DNA of 64,000 bases from the human T2T-CHM13v2.0 reference genome, Homo sapiens. The notes below the pieces were generated by a model, which made no database searches, was not told the DNA's origin, and worked only from the letters and a program-made list of their open reading frames with translations. Positions within the stretch are counted from its first letter, which is position 1. Every line of letters begins with the position of its first letter. Below are positions 44,881-57,324 of the stretch, one piece after another. The stretch lies in the NCBI RefSeq assembly GCF_009914755.1, contig NC_060931.1; one strand, 5' to 3'. A program made the translations under genes and the position numbers.

Positions 44881-45717
44881 TATGGGTAGTGGAGTAGTGA
44901 TTTCGAAGGAGCCTGGGTCTCTGATGGTATCAAAGAGCTGCTGAAAGAAAAGTTAAACTCTTTCTTCTTGTTGAAAAAAAAATGGGCTGAGCTATTTGAA
45001 CTCTCTGATGTTTGATATTAAATGTATAAAAATGATGCTTCATGTAGTCCAATCTAAAACCTCAGCAAGTTGTTACAGCAGTCTTATTATGGGCCAAGTA
45101 ACAGTCTAAGAACTCAACACAATGTCTTATCAAAAAGCACCTCAAAATGATCTCAAAGAAGTAGGTATTTTCTTCCATTTTCTAGTGAGGATACTGGGGC
45201 TTAGAGAAGTTAAATAATTTGTTCAAAGTGACCTAGCTAGAAAGGTACTGAGCTCTAAATGAGTCTAAATAGATTGTAAATATGGTTACATTCATCTGGA
45301 TGCATTTGTGGCATTGTTTCTAGAGAAAGCTCATCTAAATCAGAATATTCAGCCCTCATTCTATGAACTTGTGTTACAGGTTAAAAAAAACCAAACAACT
45401 TTTCCTGCTCTCCTTCCTCAAATGACTTTTATAGTAAAAATAGGATAAACCAATATGCTGAAATTCAACTTGACATCAATTGAGATAACGTAAGAAAACA
45501 GAGCCATAAAGTAGGAGCTAAAACACTAACCATAAAAGAGACCACAGTCTTTAGCCAGGCAATCATGCTGTGGAAAATAGACCTCAAAAATAACCCAAAA
45601 TCTATTTGCACAGGAATCTTTATAATATAGTATTTACAAGCTGGAAATGACTCAAACACCCAACCATGAATAATAAACAAATGCATAGCATTTTATGGTT
45701 TACAAAGTACATTCACA

Positions 45718-46103
45718 TGTCTTTGTCAATTTGGGCTGCCATAACAAAATGCCATAGACTGGGTGGCTTAAACAAGAAATATATTTACCATAGTTTTGGA
45801 GGCTGGGAAATCCAAGATCAAGCTGCTGGTAGACCCAGTGTTTGATGAGGGCTCTCGTTGTAGATGGCCACCTTCTTGCTAGGTGCTTATATGGTGGGAG
45901 GAAAGAATGAGAAAGAGAGAGAGAGAGAGAAAAAAAACTGTGCTTTGGTCTCTTCTGCCTCTTATAAGGGTGCTGATCTCATCATAGGGGCTACACTCCC
46001 ATGACCTCATCCAAAGACCCCATCTCTACATACCGTCACAATGGGGTTAGGGCATCAGCATATTTTAGGGGGTGGAGGACGGAAACATTCAGTCCATAGC
46101 AAC
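45718..46103 (-). mobile_element. MLT1A-type solo LTR
   Basis: gggctgccataacaaaatgccatagactgggtggcttaaac...aacattcagtccatagca. Confidence 0.82.
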
Positions 46104-48176
46104 ACACAATTATCCGCTTTGAGTCTTATCAGCCCTGCCAGGTGTAAGCCAAGAATGCATAAGTTCCCCAATGGGGCTTAGATGCGATGTGACTCTACAG
46201 GGAAGAGAATGGTGAAAGAGAAACTGGATGTGTGAGTTGTTCATCTTGTTCTTAACTCTGTTTTGGAGCTCCCTGGGCCTTATATTATTAGGTGACCACT
46301 TCTCACCTTGGCATCCCAGATGCATCACTCGCCTCTCCACACATGAGCTGGTGAGGTCAAACTGATCATTGAGTGGCATTTCAGGAATCTGGGTTTTTGC
46401 AGGCATTCTTCCCTTTGCCTACAACCCTCTTCGCCTTGTTAACACCTTCTGATACATTGAAGATGCAGCGTAGACAATGCCTCATCCCGAAAGCCTTCAT
46501 CCTCCCCTCGAGGCTTGGGCTCCTGCAGGTCCACTCCACTGCACAGCTCACCCCCTGGCTATTGCGACCCACCTGTGCTGGTAGAGAGCAGAGCCTGGTG
46601 GTGCCAGAAGCATTTCATTGCCTGGGAGAACAGCTCTCTGTGAAAGGATGGGGCCCTGCAGGAAAGAATGGCCCCATGCCATCTGGACTTAATATTTCCC
46701 TCTTTCCCTGAAGACATAATCAGGACCGATCCTCCAGCATCCCCATCCCTGTCTTCCTCAGCCACCTGCAGAAACACAAGCCCTGCAGGGTGTCCAACAT
46801 CCTCCAGCCCTGCTCCCTGTGCATGTCCTTGGCCTCCCACTGTACCCCTGGAATTCCAGGTCCAACAGTGATTCCCCTCTATCTTCAGCCTGTTCTCTGC
46901 ATATCCCCTCCCTGTCCTAACAGAAACTTCTCTGTCCTCCAAGGTCTCTGCTTTCTCTGAAGCCCACACGAGAAAGGCCTTTTCTTTTCTCATACTCAAC
47001 ATAGCCAATGCCTAGTGGTTTGGGCTGTGTCCTCCTTGCTCCACTTTCTGTCTCTCAACCATTTCTTTCCCTTTTCTCTAAAACCCCTAGCCCCTCATGC
47101 CTCCATGCTCCTTGTTGTTACCACCCTCCTTCTTCCTCATCCTGAGGATTTCAGGGCCAGCTCCCTGTCTTCCTCTCGTCCTCTACCCCTGTCCCAGGCC
47201 TTGGTGATCACAGCCTCCATGCGGATAACCCACCCAGCGCCCTTCTCACCTCTTCACGTTCTGATTTTACTTGACTTCAGCCTCACATTCCCACAGTTGG
47301 TAGGTTTCAGTCTGGAGGCCCTCTCTCCTGTGTGGTTGCTGACTGTTGAATTGACCTAGGATCCATGGAACCCATTGCTCTTCTCTGGCCAACACAGCCT
47401 GCCCAGGTGACCTCCCGAGTTAGTTGCATGGCCATAGATGCCATCTCTGTGCCAAGGGGTCCTGTCTCCCCTCAGGCCATGACTGCTCCCAGTCCTTCCA
47501 CATTCTCCCCCTCTCCTTCCCCTGCCAACTCCTACTCACCCTTCAAAGCCCAGGTCACAGTCTGTGGCAACTTCTGGAACTCCCCTGGGGAGATGTAGTT
47601 CCTCCCTTTCTGTGCTCCAGGGACACTTGTACCTCCACTAAGTTGGTCCATGGCATGCCATGTCTTTCTCTCACAAGCCCCTCAAAGGCTAGAACCATGG
47701 ATTACTGATCTTTATACCAACAAGTATAGTGGAACATTGTAAAAAGACAAGTGGATATGAAGAAGATGAGTAACAAGAGGTTATGGGGTGATGTAACCCA
47801 CTGGGGATTTGGTTTTGAGGGGCTCTTAGTTGAGGTGGTCCCTTTCCAACAATAGTGTTTTGGTGAAGAGTATTGTTTGGTAAATTTGTGAAGCAACTGA
47901 CCCTTCAATATTGATGTGGGTAACACTTGTTAAAAATTGCAATACAACTTATTACATTTTTACCCAAAGTTGAAAAAAATATGGTAGGCAAGAAGGAAAA
48001 GAATAAGTAAGTGAAAAAATTAACACTGTTACATTCTTCCCAAGAAGAATTTAAATTACCAGGCATCCTCCTTGGTCATTTTGCTTCATGAATGACTTCT
48101 CTATTTATAGTCAATGTCCCTGAGACCTGAAAGACAGCAAAACCCAAGAATATGTCACTTGAGAATTCTGTTCCTG

Positions 48177-48330
48177 TGCCAGGCATGGTGGCTTATGCCT
48201 GTAATTCCAGCACTTTGGGAGGCCAAGAGGGGAGGATTGCTTGAGCCCAAGACATTAAGGCTGCAGTGAGAAATGATTGTGTCTCTAGCCTGGGCAACAG
48301 AATGAAACTATGTCTCAAAAAAATGAAAAA
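48177..48330 (+). mobile_element. monomeric Alu (FRAM/AluJ-like)
   Basis: gccaggcatggtggcttatgcctg...ggattgcttgagccc...gcctgggcaacag; TSD agaatt(c/t)tgtt(c/t)ct. Confidence 0.85.
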
Positions 48331-49584
48331 AGAATTTTGTTTCTAGAAATTATTTCAAAGAATTCTTATTTGTTCTATTAAGCAAGTTAAGTCCAACTCT
48401 GTAGCAAAGAGAAGGTCACTGCTGGGCATCCTATACCGTGCAAGTGTATAATTTTGTCTGAAAGTCTTTGAAACTGCCATGAGATGTAGAGAATGAAAGG
48501 AGCTGTGCTCTCCCTGGCCATCCTGAGAAAAGTTATTTAACATCCCTGGGCCTTGGCTTCCTCAACTGTGGCCATTTATAAGGTTATTAAAATTAACTTA
48601 GATAACAGTTGCTAAAATTCCTAAGGTCTGGTCTGTTGTAAGCTAAAAAAATGTTCATTCCCTATTCTATTTTGATTTAACCAGAGGTTACTCTTAAAAT
48701 CTGGCATTGCCTCTTTCAAGCTCTAAACTAGATCCTCTGTTCATAGAGGAGGCATTTTCCTTACGAAGCTAGGAAGTTTCATAGTGGAGTTTTCCTGCCA
48801 ACTCCTACGCACCCTTCAATGAGTAAGAGTTGTCTGGTGACCAAACACAGACACTCCTTATGGAAAACCAAAGAGAGGCTTCCCTTTTGGGCGGGGGGTG
48901 GGAAGCAGAGCAGAAGCAGGTTTCAATCATGCGCTTGCCGCTTGCCACTTTCCGGTCTATATGTGTGGTTCCATCTGTCTCCACCCCAGCTTCCCACCCC
49001 AGAGAGCAGGTGGGGTGGAAACTCTGGTCATGGGGGAGGCTTCCAGCCGTGAACATCTCACCATGACTCCTTCCCAGGGCATAACTTTCACCAACAACTC
49101 CAGCTGTTAATAATTGACTGACATTAAAATTAACTGATTAAAATGTACAGGACTATGGAAGAAGCATCACCTGAAAAGTACCCACTTATCTACGTTTACT
49201 GAACAACATACTATGTCTCTCTTGGGTGAGATGAATACAGTGAATTTTTCCTTCAGAGAGCGGTGGCCAAAGGTGGGTGGAAGAGTTTCATGAAGGCTGA
49301 GATTGTGTGTTGTGATCTAATGGCGGTGCATCTGAAGTGTGTCCGTGCTGGCAGGGAGCCACTGACTGCTCTGCTAGCTGTGGCTGAGGGAAGCCTCCTG
49401 CAGGAGCTAATATTCCAGCTGGGTGTGGTCGGGAACTAGACCTTCTCCAGGTGGAAAGCGGGGCAAAGGAGGTTCTTGGGTAGGATTCCTGAAGTTGGGA
49501 AATGGAGGACAAAGGAGATAGGCACTGGAACCAGGAGGGCAGGGCTGAGGAGTTACAAAATCAGGGGCAAGGGAGATAGCAGAG

Positions 49585-50316
49585 GTGTGCATGTGAGTGT
49601 GTCGGCCTGTGTGTCTGTGTGCAAGTGTGTGTGTCCATGTGTGTCTTTATGTGCTTGTGTATATGTGTCTATATGTGTCTGTGTCTATTTGTGTGTGTAA
49701 CTGTGTCTGTGTCCGTGTATATGTGTGTGTGTCTGTGAGTCTGTATATCTGTGTGTGTAAGTGTGTGTATGGCTATGGGTGTGTGTGTCTCTTTAGTGTG
49801 TCTGTGAATCTGTGTGTTTGTGTGTGTGTGTGTGCCGATTTGTATGTGTGAAAGTCTGTGTGATTTATGTATGTATCTCTGTGTGTCTGTGTATGTGTGT
49901 ATGTGTTTATCTGTGTGTCTTTATGTATGAGTGTGTTTCTGTATGTCTGTGTGCAAGTCTGAGTGTATGTTTTTGTGTGTATGTGTGTCTCTTTATGTGT
50001 GTCTGTGTGTATATAAATGTGTGTTTATGTATGTGTGTTTCTGTGTATGTCTTTATGTGTGACTGTGTGTGTCTCTGTGTTTGTGTCTGTGTGCATGTCT
50101 TTGCCTGTGTATATGTGAGTATATATATGTCTGTGTGTGTATGTGTTCATGTGTGTCTCTGTGTGAGTGTGTCTCTGTGTTTGTGTCTGTGTGTGTCTCT
50201 GCCTGTGTATATGTGAGTATATATAGTTCTGTGTGTGTATGTATTTATGTGTGTCTCTGTGTGAGTGTGTCTCTATGTTTGTGTCTGTGTGCATGTGTGT
50301 GTGGGTGCATGTGTGT
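49585..50316 (+). repeat. ~730-bp degenerate (TG)n low-complexity tract with a ~98-100 bp higher-order repeat
   Basis: read directly; units start near 50069, 50169 and 50267. Confidence 0.95.
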
Positions 50317-51219
50317 GGCTCACTTAACTTCCACCCCTTAGGACCACCTGGCAGGAATTTCCTAAAGGAATGTGGGTCCTCACTGGAGTCAGGCTCAGAG
50401 CTTCAGGCTGACTCATCTGTCTTCCCAATCCAATTCTCCTGCCAGTTCTTGCACCCCTGCAAACCCACCAGTGGGAGTGCTGGATGGGCCCTGGACACTT
50501 GGCTAGGCTGCAACAATATTTCCTAGAATCTCTTGCCCTAGTAGGATAGTTTTGGGTAAGGGTGAACAAAAGAGGAACTTGTGAGATATTTGAGAGGCAG
50601 GAGTGAAGTGGCTGCCATGACTCTGAGAAGGCCATCTTGCTCAGACGTGGCGACAGACAGATGCAGGATGCTCTGTGTCTCCCACCTGCATTCTATGCTC
50701 TGCACCCAGCTCTTCTTCCTGCCTTCAGCCGCTGCTGGCCAAGAGTGCCCCAGGCTAACAACCAGACACCTGTGCAGACCCAGAGGGGCAGCCGCCACCA
50801 GAGGCATCAGCTCCTCAAAAGCTTCTCCCTGAGCTCCCTGCTGCAGTCACTTTGCTGGCTGGACATGCTATTGGCCTCCTGGCTTTCCTGACATGCTCCC
50901 ATATGGCTACTCACACCATTCTAAGGCAGGCTGGTTGGTGGCTCCCTTTCCAGACCTTTACTCCCCAGCATGTGGGTAAGGCTTAACTCCAATAAGGCAA
51001 GTTGCATTTCCACCATGCTCACGGTGGTGGTGGCTCCACTCCCCAGGGCCCCTGGACTGATACCGTGGCTGTCCAGCCTGGGTTTGCATTTTCCTCTCTG
51101 GGTTGAAGAACTGCTTCTCCTTCTGCCCACAGAGCCTGGTTCCATTGCAATCTCTAGTCCAGTCCTTCTACCCTATGGTAAGTCCTTCTGATATTTGTAA
51201 AGCTGCCACATCCTCCCAA

Positions 51220-51335
51220 GTTTTCAGAGGTATTGAAGCAGATGGTCTGGGTAGGGCCAAGGAATCTGAATTTCTTTAACCAGGCTTCCTCCCCACCAGG
51301 AGATTCTTCTGTAATACACAGGTTGTGTTCTAGAT
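51220..51335. mobile_element. MER5 fragment
   Basis: ggtctgggtagggccaaggaatctgaatttctttaacc...gattct. Confidence 0.6.
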
Positions 51336-52239
51336 TAGCCCAAGGCAGCCATGGACACTATACCACATCCCCTGGCTCTTTTGTCTATACTGTTCTTTGT
51401 CTATTTCCTGTCAGTTTCACCTTCTGATTTTAGATAATGGCAGTTCACCTCCATGTCTTCAGAGGACAGTTGCTGCTATATTACCTGTTGCTAAATAAAT
51501 GTTTGAGAGAAGAAAAGGAAGATGGAGAGGTGGAAACAGTGAAGATGAAACAAAGGGCCAGTCCTGGGCGGAGGTCAGGTTCAGCGCAGGCCCTAGAGGT
51601 AGGGGATAGACAGGAAGCAAGGGCACCTGCAGGGCTGGGACATTTGTCTGCCCCCAGCATAGGTCCAGGCAGGGCACACCTGCCTTCTCTGTCCATGGTC
51701 CAAGAGGCTTGACTTCAGACAGGTGGGAAGCAGAGGCTTTCGGAGGTTGCCCCTGCTCTGACTGGCCCCAGGAGCTTCCAAGACAGCTAAGTGAGGACTG
51801 GGTGCACTCCGTTGGCAGATAGAGGCAGTGTGGCCCAGGAGGACAGACACAGGCTCTGGGGCAGACAGACACGGTTCATATCCTGGCTGCCTCTCGTTTT
51901 AGATGAGCTCCAGAACTGGGGTTCCTGTAGTACCTACGTCATCAGGGTATGGTGAGGATTTGCAGGAATGACAGAGTGCCAAGCACAATTCCTGCACACA
52001 GCAGGTCGCCAGCAGATGCCACGTCCCTCCATGTCACACACACTCCTCTCAGTCCCCTTCAGTCATGACAAAATACACCCCTGAGCTGCCCGGCACTGAG
52101 GCCAGTCATCTCCTTCTATCCCTATGGCTGTTTTCACCCCAGGAACTTAGCTAGTTTGCCACTTTGCATTTTGGGGTGTCTGGGTGCTCTTTTGTTTTCC
52201 CATACTAAGCAAAGAACTGGGAAATGGTGAGCTGTGGCT

Positions 52240-52375
52240 CAAGGATGATTCTAGGCCTGACGGACTGATTGTTGGATTATGGGGAGAACCTGTTCTGCCA
52301 GGTTTCCTTATATTTAGCAAACATCCTGGGGGTGATTTAGGAAGGGTTGCTGATATCCCGAGCCCAGGCATTTCT
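52240..52375. mobile_element. MER5 fragment
   Basis: gattctaggcc...atatttagcaaacatcctgggggtgatt. Confidence 0.5.
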
Positions 52376-53964
52376 CTGAAGATTGTCGTCACCAGGTAAA
52401 TGGCAGGGCCCAAAGAATGATGCTATATCCTCCCAGCAGACAACCACCACCTCACTTCCTCCTGTCCATGATCCAGCCTCCTATGATGAGCAAATAAGTT
52501 TTGCACATTCTTGGGACACATCAGGAAGCCCAGCCTAGAAGTTTCTGAGTGCTCTGACACATGGGTGTCTGAGGGAGACAGTGATGGTCACAAGAAACAG
52601 AAGCCCCTCAAGCTCGACAAGGTGAGTACCTGATGAAGTCCAGGTAGGGGTCTCCAGGCCTTTCCCAGTGGCAGGAACTGGGAGTGGAAATCCATCAGGA
52701 GACAGGAGCAGTGGTTTTCGCAGTTCTTGCACTGTCCTTGGGGCTACTTCCTCTAGTCTCTCTGCTCTGCGTGCTCTATCTGTGATAGCCTCCAGCCTCA
52801 CTCTGCAGCAGAGCTCTCCTCTTCCTCATCAGCGCACACAGCCCCAAAGGACCGAGAGCCTCCAGCTACTGCTAGCATCAAAAGCTGTCCTGAGCCCCCT
52901 TATCTCTTAGTTCAAATTTTTCATAGAGAAAGAATCTGATTTGCCTGTTGAGCATGCTCCTTCACCTTCCCCATCCTCAGCCTCTGAGGCAGGCTGGACA
53001 GCAGAATGGAGTCTTCTCCAGAGGCTGGGGCAGCTCATGATAGCACATAGAGCTGCGGACCACTGGAGGTCTGAGGCTACCGCTCAGAGGACAGGTGCAG
53101 TCCAGGTCACTCACTGAGCGGGTTTGCCAGAGGTAGGACTCCTCACAGCAAGTCTTTGAAAACACTGGGCTTCAACTTACATTTAGGCAACCTTGTCTGT
53201 GCTGGGTGGTATCATGGCATGATGGGCTAGTGCATAGGCACAAGACTGCTCCGTTGCAGAGCTGAGTCCACAGCCTGACCTTCCACATAGACGTCCAGTG
53301 TTCCACTCATGCAGCCGTGACCCACAGGACCAGGCTTGACCAGGCCATGAATGCAAATGCAGCCTGATAAGCCAGTGACTTTAGGTCCCCTCTCCAATAT
53401 GGCAAGTCAGGTCCTTTACAGACCTTCTCCTTTCATTTTTGTATCTCTGGGGTGCTTAGAAAACAAATTCTAGTTAAAAAATTCTGGCCAGGGCTGGAAC
53501 GAAGCCAGGTCTAAGCAGCCTTGGAGATCCTGTAGATCTGTGGAGGTACCTGTGTGAATTAGAACTTGGCTCCCATCTCTCTTTTTTGCCACTCCCTTTC
53601 TCTCCAGTGACAAAGCTGACAAAGTTGGCTGCCCTGGGACCTGGTTCCTATGGACTTCTGCGGGCTCTGAGCAGGTCAGCCTGCATCTTCCAGGCAGTGA
53701 TAGCTTCTCCCAGGTGAGAGGCAGGACAGTCCTCCTCCGTGGCACCCTCAAGCCCCAGAGCTCCAGTTCCTTCTGCAGGCCATGCCATTGATGGCACCCG
53801 CTGCCACCGCAGGTTTCTTGAACACAGGGATGAGTTCCCAGTTCAGGCACCTCACACTCTGACTTCATCTTGGCCACTGTAGGTGGCCAGCACCCCAGGG
53901 ATATCAGAAACAACTGCAGCTGGAGAGGGGCTTCTACAAGACCTGACTTGTTGCTTCAGAGAGA

Positions 53965-54534
53965 GGGGACCTGTGCTCCCTAGAGTGCCCTTCTCTGGCC
54001 ATTCCCACTCAGGACCAGGATGCCACACTCTGAGAATCTGAGACACATGAAGGGGCCACAGGTAGGTGCTCTGGTCTCAGAGGAGCACCCCCTGCCCACA
54101 CCTCAGCCATTCCGGCACAGGCTGTGGACAGTGAGTGAGGAAGCCACCTGGAAAGGAGCCCACTATTGCTTCATGCAAACCACCCCAAACTCAGTGGCAT
54201 AAGATAGTCACTTCCTTATGCTCAGGAATCCATGGGTCGGGAATCAGGGCCTGGGAAGGCCTTTCTCTGCTCCCTGGTGACTGGGGCTAGCTGGGAAGAC
54301 TGGAATGCCTGGGACGAGGCAGACAGCCAGGGCTGCGGGCCCCTTTCCAGGTGGCTTCCTCACTCACTGTCCACAGCCTGTGCCGGAATGGCTGAGGTGG
54401 GGGGTGGGGGGTGCTCCTCTGAGACCAGAGCACCTACCTGTGACCTCTTCATGTGGCTCAGATTCTCAGAGTGTGGTATTCTGGTCCCGAGTGGGAATGG
54501 GCAGAGAAGGGCATTCCAGGGAGCAGAGGTCCCC
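53965..54534. repeat. long inverted repeat (arms 53965-54161 and 54337-54534; 175-bp spacer)
   Basis: manual reverse-complement alignment gives about 15 differences in ~198 nt. Confidence 0.95.
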
Positions 54535-54752
54535 AGAGAGCTGCACAAACTTCTCTGAACAAGCCTTGAAGATCAGCTCATCACTTCTGTCTCATGCTAT
54601 TGGTGGACACAGCAACAAGCATCCTCAGATGCAAAGGGTGGAGACACAGATGCACCCTCACTGCAAGGAATGCCCAAGTCACTCACACAATAAGACAGCA
54701 TTGGAGTGACAAATATTGTTACAGCCATCTTTGGGAAAGACAGCCTACTGTG
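54162..54752 (-). mobile_element. MLT1H-like MaLR solo LTR
   Basis: ctattgcttcatgcaaaccaccccaaactcagtggc ... cagccatctttgggaaagacagcctac. Confidence 0.7.
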
Positions 54753-55552
54753 CCCCAAGCTAACAATTCTTTCTTAGCCTTATTTATGCTTTAGTGTTCA
54801 ATACCCAGGGTGGCTCCAGCCAAGGGCAAACTGGTGGGGCAGTGTCTCCCTGACTACTGGAGAGACAGGACACAGACACACAGCTGTCTCCACCAGCACG
54901 GAGGATAGCCTAACCAAGTCCCCCTCTCTCCATTCCAATTTCTCCCTGACTGTAAGGAACCTGCTATGTCACCTTCCTGTGTAGGGAGACAGAAGAAGAC
55001 TGAGCTTCAAAGGGTAGGTTTTTGTTTGTTTGTTTTTTTGTGTTTTTTTCTTTTTTTTTTTTGAGATGGGATGATTTGTTGTTTCAAATTTTCAAATATT
55101 TTGGAGTAATTTTACTTGGGATTCAGGTCAAAGTCCCTCATGTCTCTATTCCCCCAGTTTGGCCAGCAGGTATGGGGGGTTGCTGAGGAATGGGAGCTCC
55201 GTGGTGAGATGCCGCAGAGGCAGCACCTTCCATCTGCAGCAGCTGACAGCAATCCCCAGAGAGGTCAGATTCATGTGCCCTTGGGTGCCTGCCAGGCTCA
55301 ATGTGCCTTCCAGGAAGAGACTCTGGGAGCCATTACCAGCTGTCAAAGGGACCCTCTGTGAGTATGGACACCTCAGCTTCTGGGAGGGGACAGGATGCAT
55401 TGTGTTTAGGTCACAGTTGGATGTCCCTCTTAAGGAAATGTCAGTTTCAGGAGTGGCAGGAGTGTTTACTGTTTGAGCTAGATTTTTTCTTTTATTGATA
55501 CATAATGTTTTACATATTTATGGAGTACATGCAAGTGTTTTTTATATGCATA

Positions 55553-55800
55553 GAGTGTTCCATTTGCCCCCAAGATACACTCAGCTCTGTTTGTCCACTG
55601 CTCTGTGCTCCAGGAGGCTGGACAGTATGGGCCACATTAATAGACTGTCCTTCCCCCGGAAATACAGTTCGGTTCACACCTGCTAGAGATCAGAGGAGGA
55701 ATGAGCAGAAGTCGGTGATTTATTTCTTGGCTTCATCTCTGTGGCATTTTCCTAAACTGGCCGAGGTTGAAGGCAGGCTTGTGCCATATGCTGCTGGTAG
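55553..55800 (+). mobile_element. LTR33-like ERV-L LTR
   Basis: gtgttccatttgcccccaagatacactc...gctctgtgctccaggaggctg...gagatcagaggagg. Confidence 0.6.
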
Positions 55801-56526
55801 GTGAAATGGGTGACTGCTGCATTGCAGCCCCACCCAGGGTGACCTGAGACAGGGATGAAGGAAAGTCCTCCAGGTGGGCAGAAGTCATTATTTGCTTCAT
55901 ACAGTGAGACAGGAGGCCTAAGGTACAGATATGTGTGGACTCCTGGGTCTTGGAAAAGAAATGAGTTGGACAGGACTGGGAAGGGACAAGACTGGAAGAC
56001 TGGGGACAAGGAAAGCTGGGCAGGGGTTGTGTGGTACACCTGTGGATCTGAACACACATCTTTGTGCTGTGTGTTGATGCCACCAGAAGAGCTGCTGAAC
56101 CACAGCTGGACTGGACTGTTCCTACTGCCATGCCAGCCAGTATCTCTCCTAGGCATGCTTGCTGCTCTATGGCTCCCCATGATGGGGATGCCATGATAGC
56201 AACGTGAGTAGCTTTGTGTGAGCTCAAAGGCATGAACTCTTCATCATAAAGTCTCAACCAGCTGCAGTTATAGCAGAACACCCAACTTGTCAGTAGCAAG
56301 GGCCAATGCGGGGCCCTCAGTGGCATTGTGCCTTGAGGAGACCAACTAGTCACTTGGCGAAAGGTCAATGGCATTGGACACCTTCCACCATGGAGGAGCA
56401 CCCATCTATGTTCACCATACCCACTGTGGGTGTGAATCTGCCTTTCTAGTCCCTACCATCTCTGCCAGCATCACCAGCTCAAGGTTGACCGAGTAATCCT
56501 TTACATGATCTTCCTTCCAGACCAAG

Positions 56527-56974
56527 TGTTGCAGGTTGAATTGTGCCCTCCCAAAAGACATGCTGAAGGCCTAACCCCTGGTATCTGTGAATGCGACCTT
56601 ACTTGGAAATAGGACCTTCCTAAATATAATCAAGTAAAGGTGAGGTCATACTGGATGAGGGTGGGCCGGCTTAACTAGAACCCTCATAAGACAAGGGGAA
56701 GATGCACAGACACACAGAGAGGTACACGACCATGGGAGGACAATGGCAGACTGGAGGGATGGGATTGCATGACAAGAAATACCGGGCATTGCTAAAACCA
56801 TCAGAGAGGAGACAGGCTTGGAACAATCTCCCTCGAAACCTACAAGGGGAACCAACTCTGTGAAGAGGTGGATTTCAGGTTTTTAGCCCCAGATTTGGGA
56901 AAAAATCCATTTTGGTTGTTACAAACCATCCAATTTATGAAACTTTGTTTGGGAAGCCCCAGGAAACGAATATA
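56527..56974 (+). mobile_element. MLT1C-type solo LTR
   Basis: tgttgcaggttgaattgtgccctcccaaaagac...ccccaggaaacgaatata; TSD ccaag. Confidence 0.82.
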
Positions 56975-56979
56975 CCAAG

Positions 56980-57324
56980 TGCTGCAGACTGAACGTCTAG
57001 GTTTCTCTGAAAATTCACACGTTGAAACCTTCATCCTAAGGTGATGTGGAGACAGGGAATTGGAGAGGTCATTAGGTCATGAGGGTAGAGCCTTCATAAA
57101 TGGACTCAGTGGCCTTAGAAAGGAGACCCCAGAGAGCTCCCTTGCCCCTTCCTTCATGTGGACACAGCAGGAAGACAGGCTGTGAACCAGGAAGCAGGGT
57201 CTCACCTGACACTGAAACTACCGGTGCCTTGGCCTTGAATATCCCAGCCACCAGTACATTTCCATTGTTTATAAGCCACCTGGTCAATGGTGTTTTGTTA
57301 TAGCAACCCAAACAGACGAAGACA
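56980..57324 (+). mobile_element. MLT1A/MSTD-type solo LTR
   Basis: tgctgcagactgaacg...gttttgttatagcaacccaaacagacgaagaca; TSD ccaag/ccaat. Confidence 0.8.

Noticed and set aside
48880-48960. GC box (gggcggg) plus ETS-like ttccgg as a possible promoter
   Set aside because: No CpG island or downstream exon evidence; such short motifs occur by chance.
49597-50341. Cys/Val-rich and His/Thr-rich ORFs resembling metal-binding proteins
   Set aside because: Translation artefacts of the TG/CA repeat.
55015-55070. T-rich tract ending ttgagatgg
   Set aside because: Probably an Alu tail-only remnant; too short to annotate with confidence.
55733-56401. Longest ORF (222 aa, minus strand)
   Set aside because: Antisense to the decayed ERV-L integrase/LTR33 sequence; no recognisable protein similarity.
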